DNA of 64,000 nt from positions 15,869 to 79,868 of the forward strand of contig JAHJGX010000053.1 of the NCBI GenBank assembly GCA_018824205.1, written 5' to 3'. This DNA comes from a bacterium. GTDB taxonomy: Bacteria > Fidelibacterota > UBA2242. Under the pieces are notes generated by a model, which saw only the letters and a list, made by a program, of their open reading frames with translations, made no database searches and was not told where the DNA came from. This document shows positions 1 to 9,624 of this stretch, piece by piece; within the stretch, counting starts at the first letter, position 1, and the number at the start of each line of letters is the position of its first letter. Both the position numbers and the translations under genes were made by a program.

Positions 1-1
1 G

Positions 2-901
2 AGCAATATTATCGCGTCCGCCATAACGACCACAATTCTATATTTTTTACTGATATCCCGGCTGCAAAAAACATTTAGCGGATCACTGGCACAGGGCATG
101 ATGCTTTTCGGATTACCCTTTGTACCCGTCGGTTTGGCAACGGCCGCCATGGAAATGATGAACCGTTATATTGTGGAACATTACCTTGGATTATCTGCTG
201 TCGGCATTTTCAGCGCCGGTTATAAACTGGGAATCTTCATGCTTCTGTTGTCCACCGCATTTTTCTATGCCTGGCAGCCCTTTTTTCTGAAAGCCGGGCC
301 CAGTGAGGCGTCGAAAATTATGTTTTCCCGGATATTAAAATATTTCACCCTGGTGACCCTGGCTTTTTGGGTAATTCTCAGCTTGTTGATGAAAGAGATT
401 GTGAATTTACATATTGGCGGTGTTTACTTGATCGGTCCGGAGTACGCCGGTTGCGAACCAATGATACCCTGGATATTACTGGGTTATGTTTTCCAAGGAA
501 TCAACTTGGTGTTTTTACCAGGTATCTATTTTCAGAAAAAGACCCGGTACATGGCATATAATACGATCCTGGCGGCCACTGTAAATATCATCGCTAATTT
601 TATTCTCATTCCGGTTTGGGGAATTGTCGGCTCGGCCATTGCCGCCACAATAGGGTATATTACTCAGGCAACTTCGACTCATTACATATCTCAGAAATTG
701 TATAAAATCCCCTATGATTATCCCAGGTTTTTTCTGATTATCGGCCTGGCATTGCTTTTCGGTTTTTCCAACTACTTCTTCAACTTCTCGTTGCCAGTCC
801 GGCTGATTCTGATCGTTGCGTTTCCGCTGATGCTCTGTCTGTTTCGCTTCTTTAAAAAAGAGGAGTTTAATTCTCTGAAATCGCTTTTCCCTTTTAATTG
901 A
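2..901 (+). CDS. Polysaccharide biosynthesis / Wzx-like flippase, C-terminal part (5' end lies outside the window)
   Basis: Open frame runs to the window edge. The protein is polytopic and hydrophobic, with a conserved '...LGLSAVGIFSAGYKLG...' region typical of Polysacc_synt_C. It lies upstream of a glycosyltransferase cluster. Confidence 0.5.
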   Translation, partial: SNIIASAITTTILYFLLISRLQKTFSGSLAQGMMLFGLPFVPVGLATAAMEMMNRYIVEHYLGLSAVGIFSAGYKLGIFMLLLSTAFFYAWQPFFLKAGPSEASKIMFSRILKYFTLVTLAFWVILSLLMKEIVNLHIGGVYLIGPEYAGCEPMIPWILLGYVFQGINLVFLPGIYFQKKTRYMAYNTILAATVNIIANFILIPVWGIVGSAIAATIGYITQATSTHYISQKLYKIPYDYPRFFLIIGLALLFGFSNYFFNFSLPVRLILIVAFPLMLCLFRFFKKEEFNSLKSLFPFN

Positions 902-902
902 T

Positions 903-2030
903 ATGAACGAAACCCATACGATCTGCCATATAACCCTCGGCCATAATCCCACAGATGACCGGATTTTTTATAAAGAGATTCTATCTTTAAAGAAACAGTA
1001 TGAAAAAATCGTCCTTGTGGCTCCGGACTTTAATCCACCTGATCCCAAATATACTATTGATTATCGGCCATTTCCAGATGATAGTTTTTTCAAGAAATTA
1101 TGGAACGCCTATACATTGGCCAAACAGGTAAAAGCCGACTTGTACCATTTCCACGAATTCGAATTTCTGCCCTTTGCCCTGTTTTTAAAATTTAAATATA
1201 AACGTAAAGTCATTTATGATGCTCACGAAACTATCTTCTGGTTTTTCATCGATTTCTCCCGGCATTCAAAATGGATTACATTTTTACCAGCGCTAATTGC
1301 CCACACGATGGAAATGGTCTGTTCTGCGTTTATGGATTATATCGTCGCCACTATTTTTGTGGCGCCGTGGTTTCGTCCGTTCAAGAAACGCTTTACCAAA
1401 CTCTACAATTACCCGGTTCTATCCTTTTTTGGAAACCAGTTAGCGGATGTTGGGCGGCAGTCCAATCCAATCATTCTATATCATGGACAACTGGTCCCTG
1501 CCCGGAAAATTGACCTGATGATAACGGCAATGAAATATGTCAAGCCGGAATATCCTGAAGCAAAACTATTAATTGTAGGCAATATACAGGAGGAATACAA
1601 ATCTCAATTGGACCGGCTTATTGACGAAAATCGTCTACAGGACATTGTGGAACTCCGCCCACCGGTTCCCTATGAATCCATTCCCGATCTGCTGCGCACT
1701 GCCTGCATCGGATTTTCTTCCCTGACACCCAATGAATCATTCAGGCATTCACTGCAAATCAAGCCCTTTGAATTTATGGCATTGGGAATACCGGTCCTGG
1801 GCTGTCGGGTCCCATCGATTGAATTTTATGTCGAAGAAACCGGCGCTGGTATCGTTGTTGACCCGGTCACACCGGAAAAACTCGGCAACATCATCAACGA
1901 TCTATTGACACATCCGGAAAAACGTCTCGAAATGGGCATTAACGGACACAAAGCCGTCACAGAAAAATACAACTGGAATGTCATGGAAAAACGACTATAC
2001 TCTATATATGAGATGCTGCTGAAATGTTAA
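903..2030 (+). CDS. Glycosyltransferase family 4 (GT-B fold)
   Basis: 375 aa. C-terminal motif 'EFMALGIPVLGCRVPSIEFYVEETGAGIVVDP' is characteristic of GT1/GT4 enzymes. Its start follows the upstream stop directly. Confidence 0.75.
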   Translation: MNETHTICHITLGHNPTDDRIFYKEILSLKKQYEKIVLVAPDFNPPDPKYTIDYRPFPDDSFFKKLWNAYTLAKQVKADLYHFHEFEFLPFALFLKFKYKRKVIYDAHETIFWFFIDFSRHSKWITFLPALIAHTMEMVCSAFMDYIVATIFVAPWFRPFKKRFTKLYNYPVLSFFGNQLADVGRQSNPIILYHGQLVPARKIDLMITAMKYVKPEYPEAKLLIVGNIQEEYKSQLDRLIDENRLQDIVELRPPVPYESIPDLLRTACIGFSSLTPNESFRHSLQIKPFEFMALGIPVLGCRVPSIEFYVEETGAGIVVDPVTPEKLGNIINDLLTHPEKRLEMGINGHKAVTEKYNWNVMEKRLYSIYEMLLKC

Positions 2031-3106
2031 AAATCCTCTACATATCACCGGAAAATACCGTTGGTATTTTATCTTACTGGAAAAAGGCCCACGAGCTCAA
2101 TGGCAATCACTGCCGCTTTGTGACCTTTTACCGAACGGCGGCCGGTTATGAAGAAGATATTTTACTGAATCTGCCTTTCATCGCTTCAAGACCATGGTAT
2201 ATCGGTTTCAGACGGTGGATGATACGATCGACGGAAGGCCGGGAACCCTATACAAATCTGGAGGGCTATCCGCCGGTCTGGAATCCGCCAGTCTGGCAGA
2301 AAGCGCTTTGGCGAACCCGGGAAATGCTCTGGCGCCCGAAGATAAACCACACCATCCAGAATTATAAACTGGAAGACTTCGACGTATATCATTTTGAATG
2401 GGGCCTGGATTTCTACCGCAATGCCGAATTCGCCGGAAAAATGAAAGCCCGGGGCAAAAAAATAATCTGCCACTTTCACGGTCAGGATTTACGGAACCGG
2501 GGAGTGATTCCCGAAATGGATGCCATCAGCGACCTGAATCTGACCAACGAACTCGATTTGACCTACATGCACCCAAATTTGAACTATCTTTTTCTGCCCT
2601 ACGACGTCAGGGCCTTTGATGTAAAACAATCCATCGGGAATCCGATTACGATCTGTCACGCCACGACCAACCGCGTTATTAAAGGATCAGATCTTATCAT
2701 AAAAACATGTCGGGATCTGGAAAAGAGTCACGGTATCAAATTTATTCTCGTAGAAAATCAGGCTCACGAAAAAGTCATCGAATTCAAGCGCCAATCCGAT
2801 ATCTTTATTGATCACGTAGGCGAGTTGACCTGGGGCTATGGGATGAATTCACTGGAATCCCTGTCTATGGGAGTTGCCAGCGCCACATACCTGAACGATA
2901 CATACGAAAAATTCATTCCCGATCATCCGTTTATCAATATCCGACCCGACAATATTAAAGACGTGTTGGTACATTATATTGAGCACCCGGAATTAATTCT
3001 GCTAAAAGGCAAAGAAGGCAGAGAGTGGGTGGATAAGTACCACGATTATCGTAATGTCATCCAGCGGCTTTATCAGTATTACCGGCAAATCGGAGTGGAC
3101 ATTTAA
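2024..3106 (+). CDS. Putative glycosyltransferase (GT4-like C-terminal domain), otherwise hypothetical
   Basis: 360 aa, overlapping the upstream gene by 7 nt. C-terminal 'GYGMNSLESLSMGVASATYLND' resembles the GT-B nucleotide-sugar binding motif. Homology is weak. Confidence 0.4.
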   Translation: MLKILYISPENTVGILSYWKKAHELNGNHCRFVTFYRTAAGYEEDILLNLPFIASRPWYIGFRRWMIRSTEGREPYTNLEGYPPVWNPPVWQKALWRTREMLWRPKINHTIQNYKLEDFDVYHFEWGLDFYRNAEFAGKMKARGKKIICHFHGQDLRNRGVIPEMDAISDLNLTNELDLTYMHPNLNYLFLPYDVRAFDVKQSIGNPITICHATTNRVIKGSDLIIKTCRDLEKSHGIKFILVENQAHEKVIEFKRQSDIFIDHVGELTWGYGMNSLESLSMGVASATYLNDTYEKFIPDHPFINIRPDNIKDVLVHYIEHPELILLKGKEGREWVDKYHDYRNVIQRLYQYYRQIGVDI

Positions 3107-3108
3107 GT

Positions 3109-4173
3109 ATGCGTATCACTTTCATTTTACCCGGCTTTATATCAATACCCATGGGCGGCGTGAAAGTTGTTCATGAATATGCCAATCGATTAGCCGAGAG
3201 AGGCCATGATATCAGCCTTGTATACCCGATAACGACCCATGCCTGTTCATCTCTTGGACAGATTAAGCAACTCATACGGAGAATCTATAATCGCGTGACG
3301 AATATAAATAATGAATTGTATTACACCCCGAATAGAAACGTTGAGGTGCTTGTTGTAAAAAAGGCTATTTCAAAATATATTCCAATAGGAGATGCGGTAA
3401 TAGCAGCCGGATGGCAAACAGCTCGTTGGGTCTATATGTTACCAGTGATACATGGAAAAAAATTCTATTTTTTGCAACATTTTGAAACCTATTTTAAATC
3501 GAAAAATCTAGTTCTGAAAACTTTCCAGCTTCCCATGATAAAAATTGCCATTGCCCAATGGATTATCGATGAATTGAAAAATATTGGTCAAACCGCAGAG
3601 GGTCCAGTGATGAATGCTATTGATCATCGAGAATTTTTCATTGATCCTGAGTCGACAGACCGGCCTTACGATGTCATTGCCGTCTATCACCATATGAACG
3701 TGAAAGGCCCGAAAGATTTAATTTCAACTCTCAAAGCATTAAAAAAACAGAAAAATATTTCCGCGGTTGTTATCGCTTCCCGTAAACCAATTCACAAGTT
3801 TCCGTCGTGGGTCCGGGTCGTCATCCGCCCTTCGACCGAGCTGCTTCGCAATCTATATAATTCCTCAAAAATCTTCCTACACACCAGCCATAGTGAAGGC
3901 TGGGGACTGCCGGTGATGGAAGCCATGGCCTGTGGGTGTGTGATTGCGGCTTATGCCAATAAGGGAGTTTGTGAATTTCTGACTCCCAATAAAAATGCAA
4001 TTCTAGCGGATATCGGTCGGAAAGATAAACTGGTTCATATTATTCTGGATTTATTGGATAATCCTCAACTAATGAAGAAATTGAAGATAGCAGCTTTAAT
4101 TGATATAAAAACTTATACCTGGAACCATTGCGCAGATAAATTTGAATCAATAATAAACAATTACATTCAGTGA
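3109..4173 (+). CDS. Glycosyltransferase family 4
   Basis: 354 aa. 'HTSHSEGWGLPVMEAMACGCVIAAYANKGVCEFL' is the classic GT4 E-x7-E region. Confidence 0.75.
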   Translation: MRITFILPGFISIPMGGVKVVHEYANRLAERGHDISLVYPITTHACSSLGQIKQLIRRIYNRVTNINNELYYTPNRNVEVLVVKKAISKYIPIGDAVIAAGWQTARWVYMLPVIHGKKFYFLQHFETYFKSKNLVLKTFQLPMIKIAIAQWIIDELKNIGQTAEGPVMNAIDHREFFIDPESTDRPYDVIAVYHHMNVKGPKDLISTLKALKKQKNISAVVIASRKPIHKFPSWVRVVIRPSTELLRNLYNSSKIFLHTSHSEGWGLPVMEAMACGCVIAAYANKGVCEFLTPNKNAILADIGRKDKLVHIILDLLDNPQLMKKLKIAALIDIKTYTWNHCADKFESIINNYIQ

Positions 4174-4910
4174 ATACCGTGCTTTCAAAATGTAAACAAC
4201 TGCTTCAAAGAGAAATTCTCAATCCCGGTTTTTTATCGATTTTTATTAATCCATATTATTTTATCAAAAAGGGTTTAATTACTAAGTTACGTAAAAATGC
4301 CGGATATATTCGCGGGACAACTCTCGATTTTGGCTGTGGAAAGCGATCATATGAACACCTCTTTGATGCAGAAAAATTTATCGGTTTGGAAATAGAACAA
4401 AGCGGCCATGATCATTCAAAAGAAAATATCGATGTATATTATGATGGACAAAGGATTCCTTTTAAAAATAGATCCTTTGATTGTGTTTTATCTATTGAGG
4501 TCATTGAACATGTTTTTAATCCAGAAGAGATATTTAATGAATTCTATAGAGTATTAAAACCTGGTGGTCATATTCTTATAACATGTCCTTTCACTTGGGA
4601 AGAGCATGAACAACCATATGATTTTAGCAGATATACAAGTTTTGGAATCCAGCATCTTTTAGAAACTCACAACTTCACTATAATCAAAATAGAAAAAAGT
4701 AACAGCTTTATTGAAACAATATTTCAATTATGGAATTTATATTTATATAAAAAACTGTTTCCTAAAAGTAAATTGTTACAAATAATATGTATCCCTTTGC
4801 TGATCTTTCCGGCAAATCTTATCGGCACTCTCCTCTCCTTACTACTACCCAAAAATAGTGATTTATTTCTGAACACTATTGTCGTTGCTAAAAAAGATGA
4901 TGCATCATAA
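4170..4910 (+). CDS. Class I SAM-dependent methyltransferase
   Basis: SAM-binding motif I 'LDFGCGKRSYEH' and post-I 'VLKPGGHILIT'. ATGA overlap with the upstream stop. Confidence 0.7.
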   Translation: MNTVLSKCKQLLQREILNPGFLSIFINPYYFIKKGLITKLRKNAGYIRGTTLDFGCGKRSYEHLFDAEKFIGLEIEQSGHDHSKENIDVYYDGQRIPFKNRSFDCVLSIEVIEHVFNPEEIFNEFYRVLKPGGHILITCPFTWEEHEQPYDFSRYTSFGIQHLLETHNFTIIKIEKSNSFIETIFQLWNLYLYKKLFPKSKLLQIICIPLLIFPANLIGTLLSLLLPKNSDLFLNTIVVAKKDDAS

Positions 4911-4982
4911 CCACACCTTAAGGAAATTGGTCGAGAATATAGAGTGTTTGTCGCTTTGGAAAAAACAAGTTTTTAACAGGAC

Positions 4983-5756
4983 GTGATAATGAAAATAAAG
5001 AAGATTTTATCTGGTTGTCAATTCTTAAATATTGCAGCTATAACCTTGTGGCTTTCAGGTAAAAGTTCTCTTAAAAAATATTTAGGAATATGTAAATTAG
5101 AATATTATAACCGGAAAAAACTGGGTTTGCCTGTTAAAAAGTTTTTTGACCTCTTCCCTAATTGCCAGAACCAACAAACAACTGTTAAAATTATTCCGGA
5201 AGAAATAACAGGAGGATTGACATTACTCGAATTGCAATACCTTTCTTCCATTGTCAAATGTTATCCCATTAAGTCAATATTCGAAATCGGGACATTTGAT
5301 GGTTGTGCGTCCACTCACATGATGTTAAACGCTCAATTTCCAGAGCAATGTTCCATCTGTACTCTCGATTTACCAAAAAATAAAACTGACAATGATTTTG
5401 TATACGATCCCGACAATAAAGGTTTTCTGGAGCTGCGGCGCCCGGGATATTATATAAACCGCTATGTTCCCGGAAATGTGACTCAATTATTCGGTGATTC
5501 CATGGAATTTGATTTCAGTCCCTATTATGAATCCATGGATCTGGTTTTTATCGATGGCAATCACAACAAGCCTTTTATTCAAAAAGACACTAAAAATGCT
5601 CTTAAAATGCTTAAGCCTTCTGGTTTTCTTTTATGGCATGATTACTTTGGTATTCCAGGCGAAGTGGTTACAGATTATTTAAACCAATTGTCAAATAATA
5701 TGCAAATAATAAGAATTGAAAAAACTTGCCTGGTATTTTATCAGAAAAATGAATAA
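4983..5756 (+). CDS. Class I SAM-dependent methyltransferase (Methyltransf_24 / TylF-like O-methyltransferase fold)
   Basis: 'FEIGTFDGCASTHM' and 'DLVFIDGNHNKPFIQKDTKNALKMLKPSGFLLWHDY' are typical of the TylF/cephalosporin-hydroxylase-like methyltransferase family. Confidence 0.55.
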   Translation: MIMKIKKILSGCQFLNIAAITLWLSGKSSLKKYLGICKLEYYNRKKLGLPVKKFFDLFPNCQNQQTTVKIIPEEITGGLTLLELQYLSSIVKCYPIKSIFEIGTFDGCASTHMMLNAQFPEQCSICTLDLPKNKTDNDFVYDPDNKGFLELRRPGYYINRYVPGNVTQLFGDSMEFDFSPYYESMDLVFIDGNHNKPFIQKDTKNALKMLKPSGFLLWHDYFGIPGEVVTDYLNQLSNNMQIIRIEKTCLVFYQKNE

Positions 5757-6717
5757 AGACCACAACCCACATGTATCCGTAATTGTACCAGCCTATAATG
5801 CAGCAAGAACGCTGACGATCTGCATTGATTCTCTTCTATCCCTTAACTGTAAAAACAGCACCCTTGAAATCATTATTGTCGATGATGCCTCCACCGATAA
5901 CACTTCGGAAATATTAAAAAAATACACACCTTACAGACTAGTTAAGGTTGTCCGTCACACACACAATTGTGCTCTGGCCGCGGCTCGCAATACTGGTATA
6001 AAAAATGCTTCCGGGGAGATTATTATCTTTTTAGATGCTGATATGGAAGTTCCGCCCAATTTTGTGGAAGAACATTTGAAATTTTATCACAATCCACAAG
6101 TGATGGGCGTGCTTTCGATAATCAAAGCTCCCGTAAATCAGCCACGTACTAAGTACCAACGGTATCTCTACGAATCAAAACGCGGTGCAGTCCAATATAA
6201 TTCCGCTGCACCGCTTCCTTTTTCAGTTTTTTTATTCAATTGCACATCGGTCAGAAAAGATGCCCTTGATAAGGTTGGGCTGTTTGACGGTAAGATTACC
6301 AAATATGGCGGTGAGGACACTGAATTTGCTTACCGGCTCTGGCAGAAATATCCACAAGGCCTGTATTATGCACCGCATATAAAAGTCATTCATCATCATT
6401 ATCGTCCCCTCAACGAAGTTTTGAAAAATGTCCTGACTTTCGGTCACAAAGTGGTTCCCTACCTGGTTCAAAAACACCCGGAATTTGATAAATTGTACGG
6501 CTATTCATTTGTTTGTCCATCTTCGACGCTCAGTGGATTACTTAAAAATATTGTTGGGATCGTCCTCAAATCTAAAATCACTTTTACAATTTTAATTTTA
6601 CTCTATCATCTCTCTCCATATCCCATTTCCAACAGATTCATTCGCCTGTTATTAGCATCGGCGCTATGGCAGGGAATTGCCAGATCAAAAAATAATGATT
6701 TGGTTCCAGAGCGATAA
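5746..6717 (+). CDS. Glycosyltransferase family 2
   Basis: 'VSVIVPAYNAARTL', 'IIVDDASTDNT' and 'FLDADM' (DXD) motifs. Start chosen at the internal ATG at 5746 giving 'MNKDHNPHVSVIV'. The track start at 5716 overlaps the upstream methyltransferase. Confidence 0.75.
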   Translation, partial: KMNKDHNPHVSVIVPAYNAARTLTICIDSLLSLNCKNSTLEIIIVDDASTDNTSEILKKYTPYRLVKVVRHTHNCALAAARNTGIKNASGEIIIFLDADMEVPPNFVEEHLKFYHNPQVMGVLSIIKAPVNQPRTKYQRYLYESKRGAVQYNSAAPLPFSVFLFNCTSVRKDALDKVGLFDGKITKYGGEDTEFAYRLWQKYPQGLYYAPHIKVIHHHYRPLNEVLKNVLTFGHKVVPYLVQKHPEFDKLYGYSFVCPSSTLSGLLKNIVGIVLKSKITFTILILLYHLSPYPISNRFIRLLLASALWQGIARSKNNDLVPER

Positions 6718-6734
6718 TTCCTTTTATTATCCTC

Positions 6735-8060
6735 ATGTTTTCTCTAATTTTGCGGTTGTTTAAATTTGATTTTGCTATGAATAAACTAAAACACACTATC
6801 GCCATTTCCCTGACATTTAGCCTGCCGGTACTTTTTTCACTGCAGAATTCTTTTGCAGACGAACTGAATTTATATCTTAAAAACATCTCGGCAGATTCTG
6901 TTGAAACTGTTTTACTTGTGGACAAATCTCAGCAACAGCTGCTGGTATTAAAAAGCACCGCTCCTCAAAATACGCTGGTGGTTGATACTTTTCGGATAAC
7001 TACCGGTAAAGTCGACGGCAACAAGGAAAAAGAGGGCGACCAGAAGACACCGGAAGGAATCTACAAGATCATTTCTTCGATTCCGAGAGAACAGTTACCG
7101 GCAAAATACGGTCCCATGGCGTTCGTACTTGATTATCCCAACCGCGTGGATAAAATTAAGAACCGCAACGGCTCCAATATTTGGATACACGGCCGGGACG
7201 AAGAAATTGTCGGCCGTCAAACCGAAGGTTGTGTCTCTCTGGAAAACGGCAAACTTTTAGAATTAAGCGACTATATAACATTACAGAAAACACCGGTTAT
7301 TATCATCGACAGCCTTTACCATAACGGTCGTTCTTCGGCCGCCTATGCAAAATTCAACAGGAGTGATTCACTAATAGTAAATTGGGTGGATTTTTGGGAA
7401 AAGGGAGATATTGAGGGATTTGGTCGCTTATTCTCGGAACATTTTAAAACCCAGTCGTGGAACAATAAACGATTATATTTAAACAATAAAAAACAACTCG
7501 AAACCATCTATAATTGGAAAGATGTAAGCGCCGACAAACTATGGATTCTTCAATCCGATCATGAAGCGCTCATTCATTTTCAGCAGGATTATCTTTGCCC
7601 GGCATTTTTCAGTCGCGGCAACAAACAGTTGCATTTGATCTGGACAGATTCCATCTGGCAGATTATCAGTGAGGATTTTACTGCCACGCAACCTCGTGTA
7701 ACTATTTCTTCGGCGGTTGAGATATTCCTGAATAAATGGCGCGCCGATTGGAAAACCGGGGATATTGATCAGTATATCAGTCATTACGACTCATTGTTTT
7801 CTTCTGGTATACATACTTCGCTTGAAGAATGGTTCACATATAAAAAAGGTGTCTTCGCGAAATCTCAAGATATAGATATAAAAATAAGTGCGATTTCCAT
7901 CTCCAGTTCTGATCCTTATCAATGGACCGTCACATTCAGACAGGATTACAAATCGGGCAACTATCACGACCTTGGTATCAAAAGGATTCAGATCAAAGGT
8001 CACCCGCAAGCCCCTGAGAATTTTAAAATTTTATCCGAAAACTGGGAGCCCTTGAATTAA
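6735..8060 (+). CDS. L,D-transpeptidase (YkuD domain) with two C-terminal repeat domains
   Basis: Signal peptide. Catalytic motif 'NIWIHGRDEEIVGRQTEGCVSLENG' is the H-G...G-C pattern of the YkuD family. The C-terminal half holds two internal repeats, 'WVDFWEKGDIEGFGRLFSEHF' and 'FLNKWRADWKTGDIDQYISHYDSLF'. The true start may be the internal Met at 6777 ('MNKLKHTIAISL...'). Confidence 0.7.
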   Translation: MFSLILRLFKFDFAMNKLKHTIAISLTFSLPVLFSLQNSFADELNLYLKNISADSVETVLLVDKSQQQLLVLKSTAPQNTLVVDTFRITTGKVDGNKEKEGDQKTPEGIYKIISSIPREQLPAKYGPMAFVLDYPNRVDKIKNRNGSNIWIHGRDEEIVGRQTEGCVSLENGKLLELSDYITLQKTPVIIIDSLYHNGRSSAAYAKFNRSDSLIVNWVDFWEKGDIEGFGRLFSEHFKTQSWNNKRLYLNNKKQLETIYNWKDVSADKLWILQSDHEALIHFQQDYLCPAFFSRGNKQLHLIWTDSIWQIISEDFTATQPRVTISSAVEIFLNKWRADWKTGDIDQYISHYDSLFSSGIHTSLEEWFTYKKGVFAKSQDIDIKISAISISSSDPYQWTVTFRQDYKSGNYHDLGIKRIQIKGHPQAPENFKILSENWEPLN

Positions 8061-8061
8061 A

Positions 8062-9495
8062 TTGAAACATCGAATCTTCTGGCCGTTATTTCTGTTCCTT
8101 GTACTTCCGGTTTGGGGGTTTGCAGGTTCTCAAAAGAGGCCATTTCAGGAAAACATCACCTATTTTAAAAACACCCCCAATCAACTGGATATCTATCGTC
8201 TTTACGGTCGACTCGACGGAAATACTGTTTTTATTCTTGGCGGGATCCAGGGAGACGAGCCCGGTGGTTTTTTATCAGCGGATCTCTATCCGAACCTGGT
8301 CCTTGACCGGGGCAACCTGATTGTCATTCCCCGGGCCAATTTCCACTCCATTATAAAAAATAACCGGGGTGTTAATGGCGACATGAATCGTCGCTTTAAC
8401 AATGACCCTCCCAATGACATTGACGACCAGATAGTGGGTATTATCCAGAAATTGATGGCCGAATCCGACCTGTTTCTTAATTTGCATGACGGATGGGGGT
8501 ATTACAGCGAGACCTATATTGATGAAAATCGCAATTCACGTCGTTTTGGTCAGTCAATTATTGCCGATACCGATTACTATATCACCGAAAGAGACACGAT
8601 ACATTTGGAGCGAATGGCCCAGACTGTTCTTGAGCGAGCAAACCGGCGCATTGAAAACTCCGGTCATCACCTGCATTTTATGAACACGCGGACCCTGGAA
8701 AAGAACACCACTTTCCCTGAACAGAAAAAATCCGCCACCTATTTTGCACTGACAAATTTCGGCATTCCGGCATTTGGTATCGAATCGTCGAAAAATCTTG
8801 AAAGTCTCGATTTGAAAATCCGGTATCACAACTATGTTATTAATGAATTTCTAAAACTTTATGGGGTGGAACCGGAACATCCTGCAATCATTTATGAACC
8901 GCCCAAACTTATCTATCTCCTGATTTCTGTCAATGATAACATTCCAATGGTTATTGACAATAAGAATACCGCCAAATTGATCAAGGGCGACCAAATTCAG
9001 ATCACCCATATTGAATCCAATTACTCCCGCGGACTGAGTTGTGATATTCTGGGTGTCGGAGACGAACAGGATTTTCAAAAAAGTTTTACTATTAATGCGC
9101 CAACCCGAATTATAGTACGGAAAGACAACCGGGTTGTTGGCGAGATCGTTCTGGATGTCAATTCCATAAACAATCAGCTATTCACCTACTTAATTGATGT
9201 CAACGGACAAAAACAGGCCTTTCTGGACGGCCAAACACTCAGGGTAAAACGCAGCGACAAAATAAAAATCATCAATGTCCTGCATGATCAGCTGAACTCT
9301 GATCATTACAAAGTAAATTTGAAAGGATATGTCCCACCAAGTGATTATAACTCCGGCGAAGACCGGAACTTTTTGATTGACATCAGCGCCCTGAGCTGGA
9401 AAAAATATTCACTAAACGGGGACGGAAAAATCTATCCGTTGGTAGTTGTTAAAAACGACGAAGAACTGTCCCGGATATACATTTCCATCGAATAA
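8062..9495 (+). CDS. Secreted M14-like / succinylglutamate desuccinylase-aspartoacylase (AstE/AspA) family zinc peptidase homolog with C-terminal beta-rich repeats
   Basis: TTG start with signal peptide 'MKHRIFWPLFLFLVLPVWGFA'. Motifs 'VFILGGIQGDEPGGF', 'LIVIPRANF', 'GDMNRRF' and 'NLHDGWGY' resemble the AstE_AspA/M14 zinc-binding regions, but the first motif has Q where His is expected. It sits 1 nt downstream of the L,D-transpeptidase. Confidence 0.55.
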   Translation: MKHRIFWPLFLFLVLPVWGFAGSQKRPFQENITYFKNTPNQLDIYRLYGRLDGNTVFILGGIQGDEPGGFLSADLYPNLVLDRGNLIVIPRANFHSIIKNNRGVNGDMNRRFNNDPPNDIDDQIVGIIQKLMAESDLFLNLHDGWGYYSETYIDENRNSRRFGQSIIADTDYYITERDTIHLERMAQTVLERANRRIENSGHHLHFMNTRTLEKNTTFPEQKKSATYFALTNFGIPAFGIESSKNLESLDLKIRYHNYVINEFLKLYGVEPEHPAIIYEPPKLIYLLISVNDNIPMVIDNKNTAKLIKGDQIQITHIESNYSRGLSCDILGVGDEQDFQKSFTINAPTRIIVRKDNRVVGEIVLDVNSINNQLFTYLIDVNGQKQAFLDGQTLRVKRSDKIKIINVLHDQLNSDHYKVNLKGYVPPSDYNSGEDRNFLIDISALSWKKYSLNGDGKIYPLVVVKNDEELSRIYISIE

Positions 9496-9542
9496 GCCAA
9501 TCCCAGGTATTCTTCTCTAATTTTGCAATCCCGGCTTTTTCG

Positions 9543-9572
9543 TTGACATTGAGACTGTCTCTCAATTAAATT
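9543..9572 (+). promoter_or_regulatory. Putative sigma70-type promoter for secDF, with a palindrome in the spacer
   Basis: TTGACA (9543-9548), a 17-18 nt spacer, then TTAAAT/TAAATT. The spacer contains the perfect palindrome GAGAC-T-GTCTC. It lies 50-80 nt upstream of the secD ATG. Confidence 0.3.
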
Positions 9573-9624
9573 CAACCGCTTTTTTCTAAACCGGAAATAT
9601 GACCATATACAAAGGTGTAATTAC

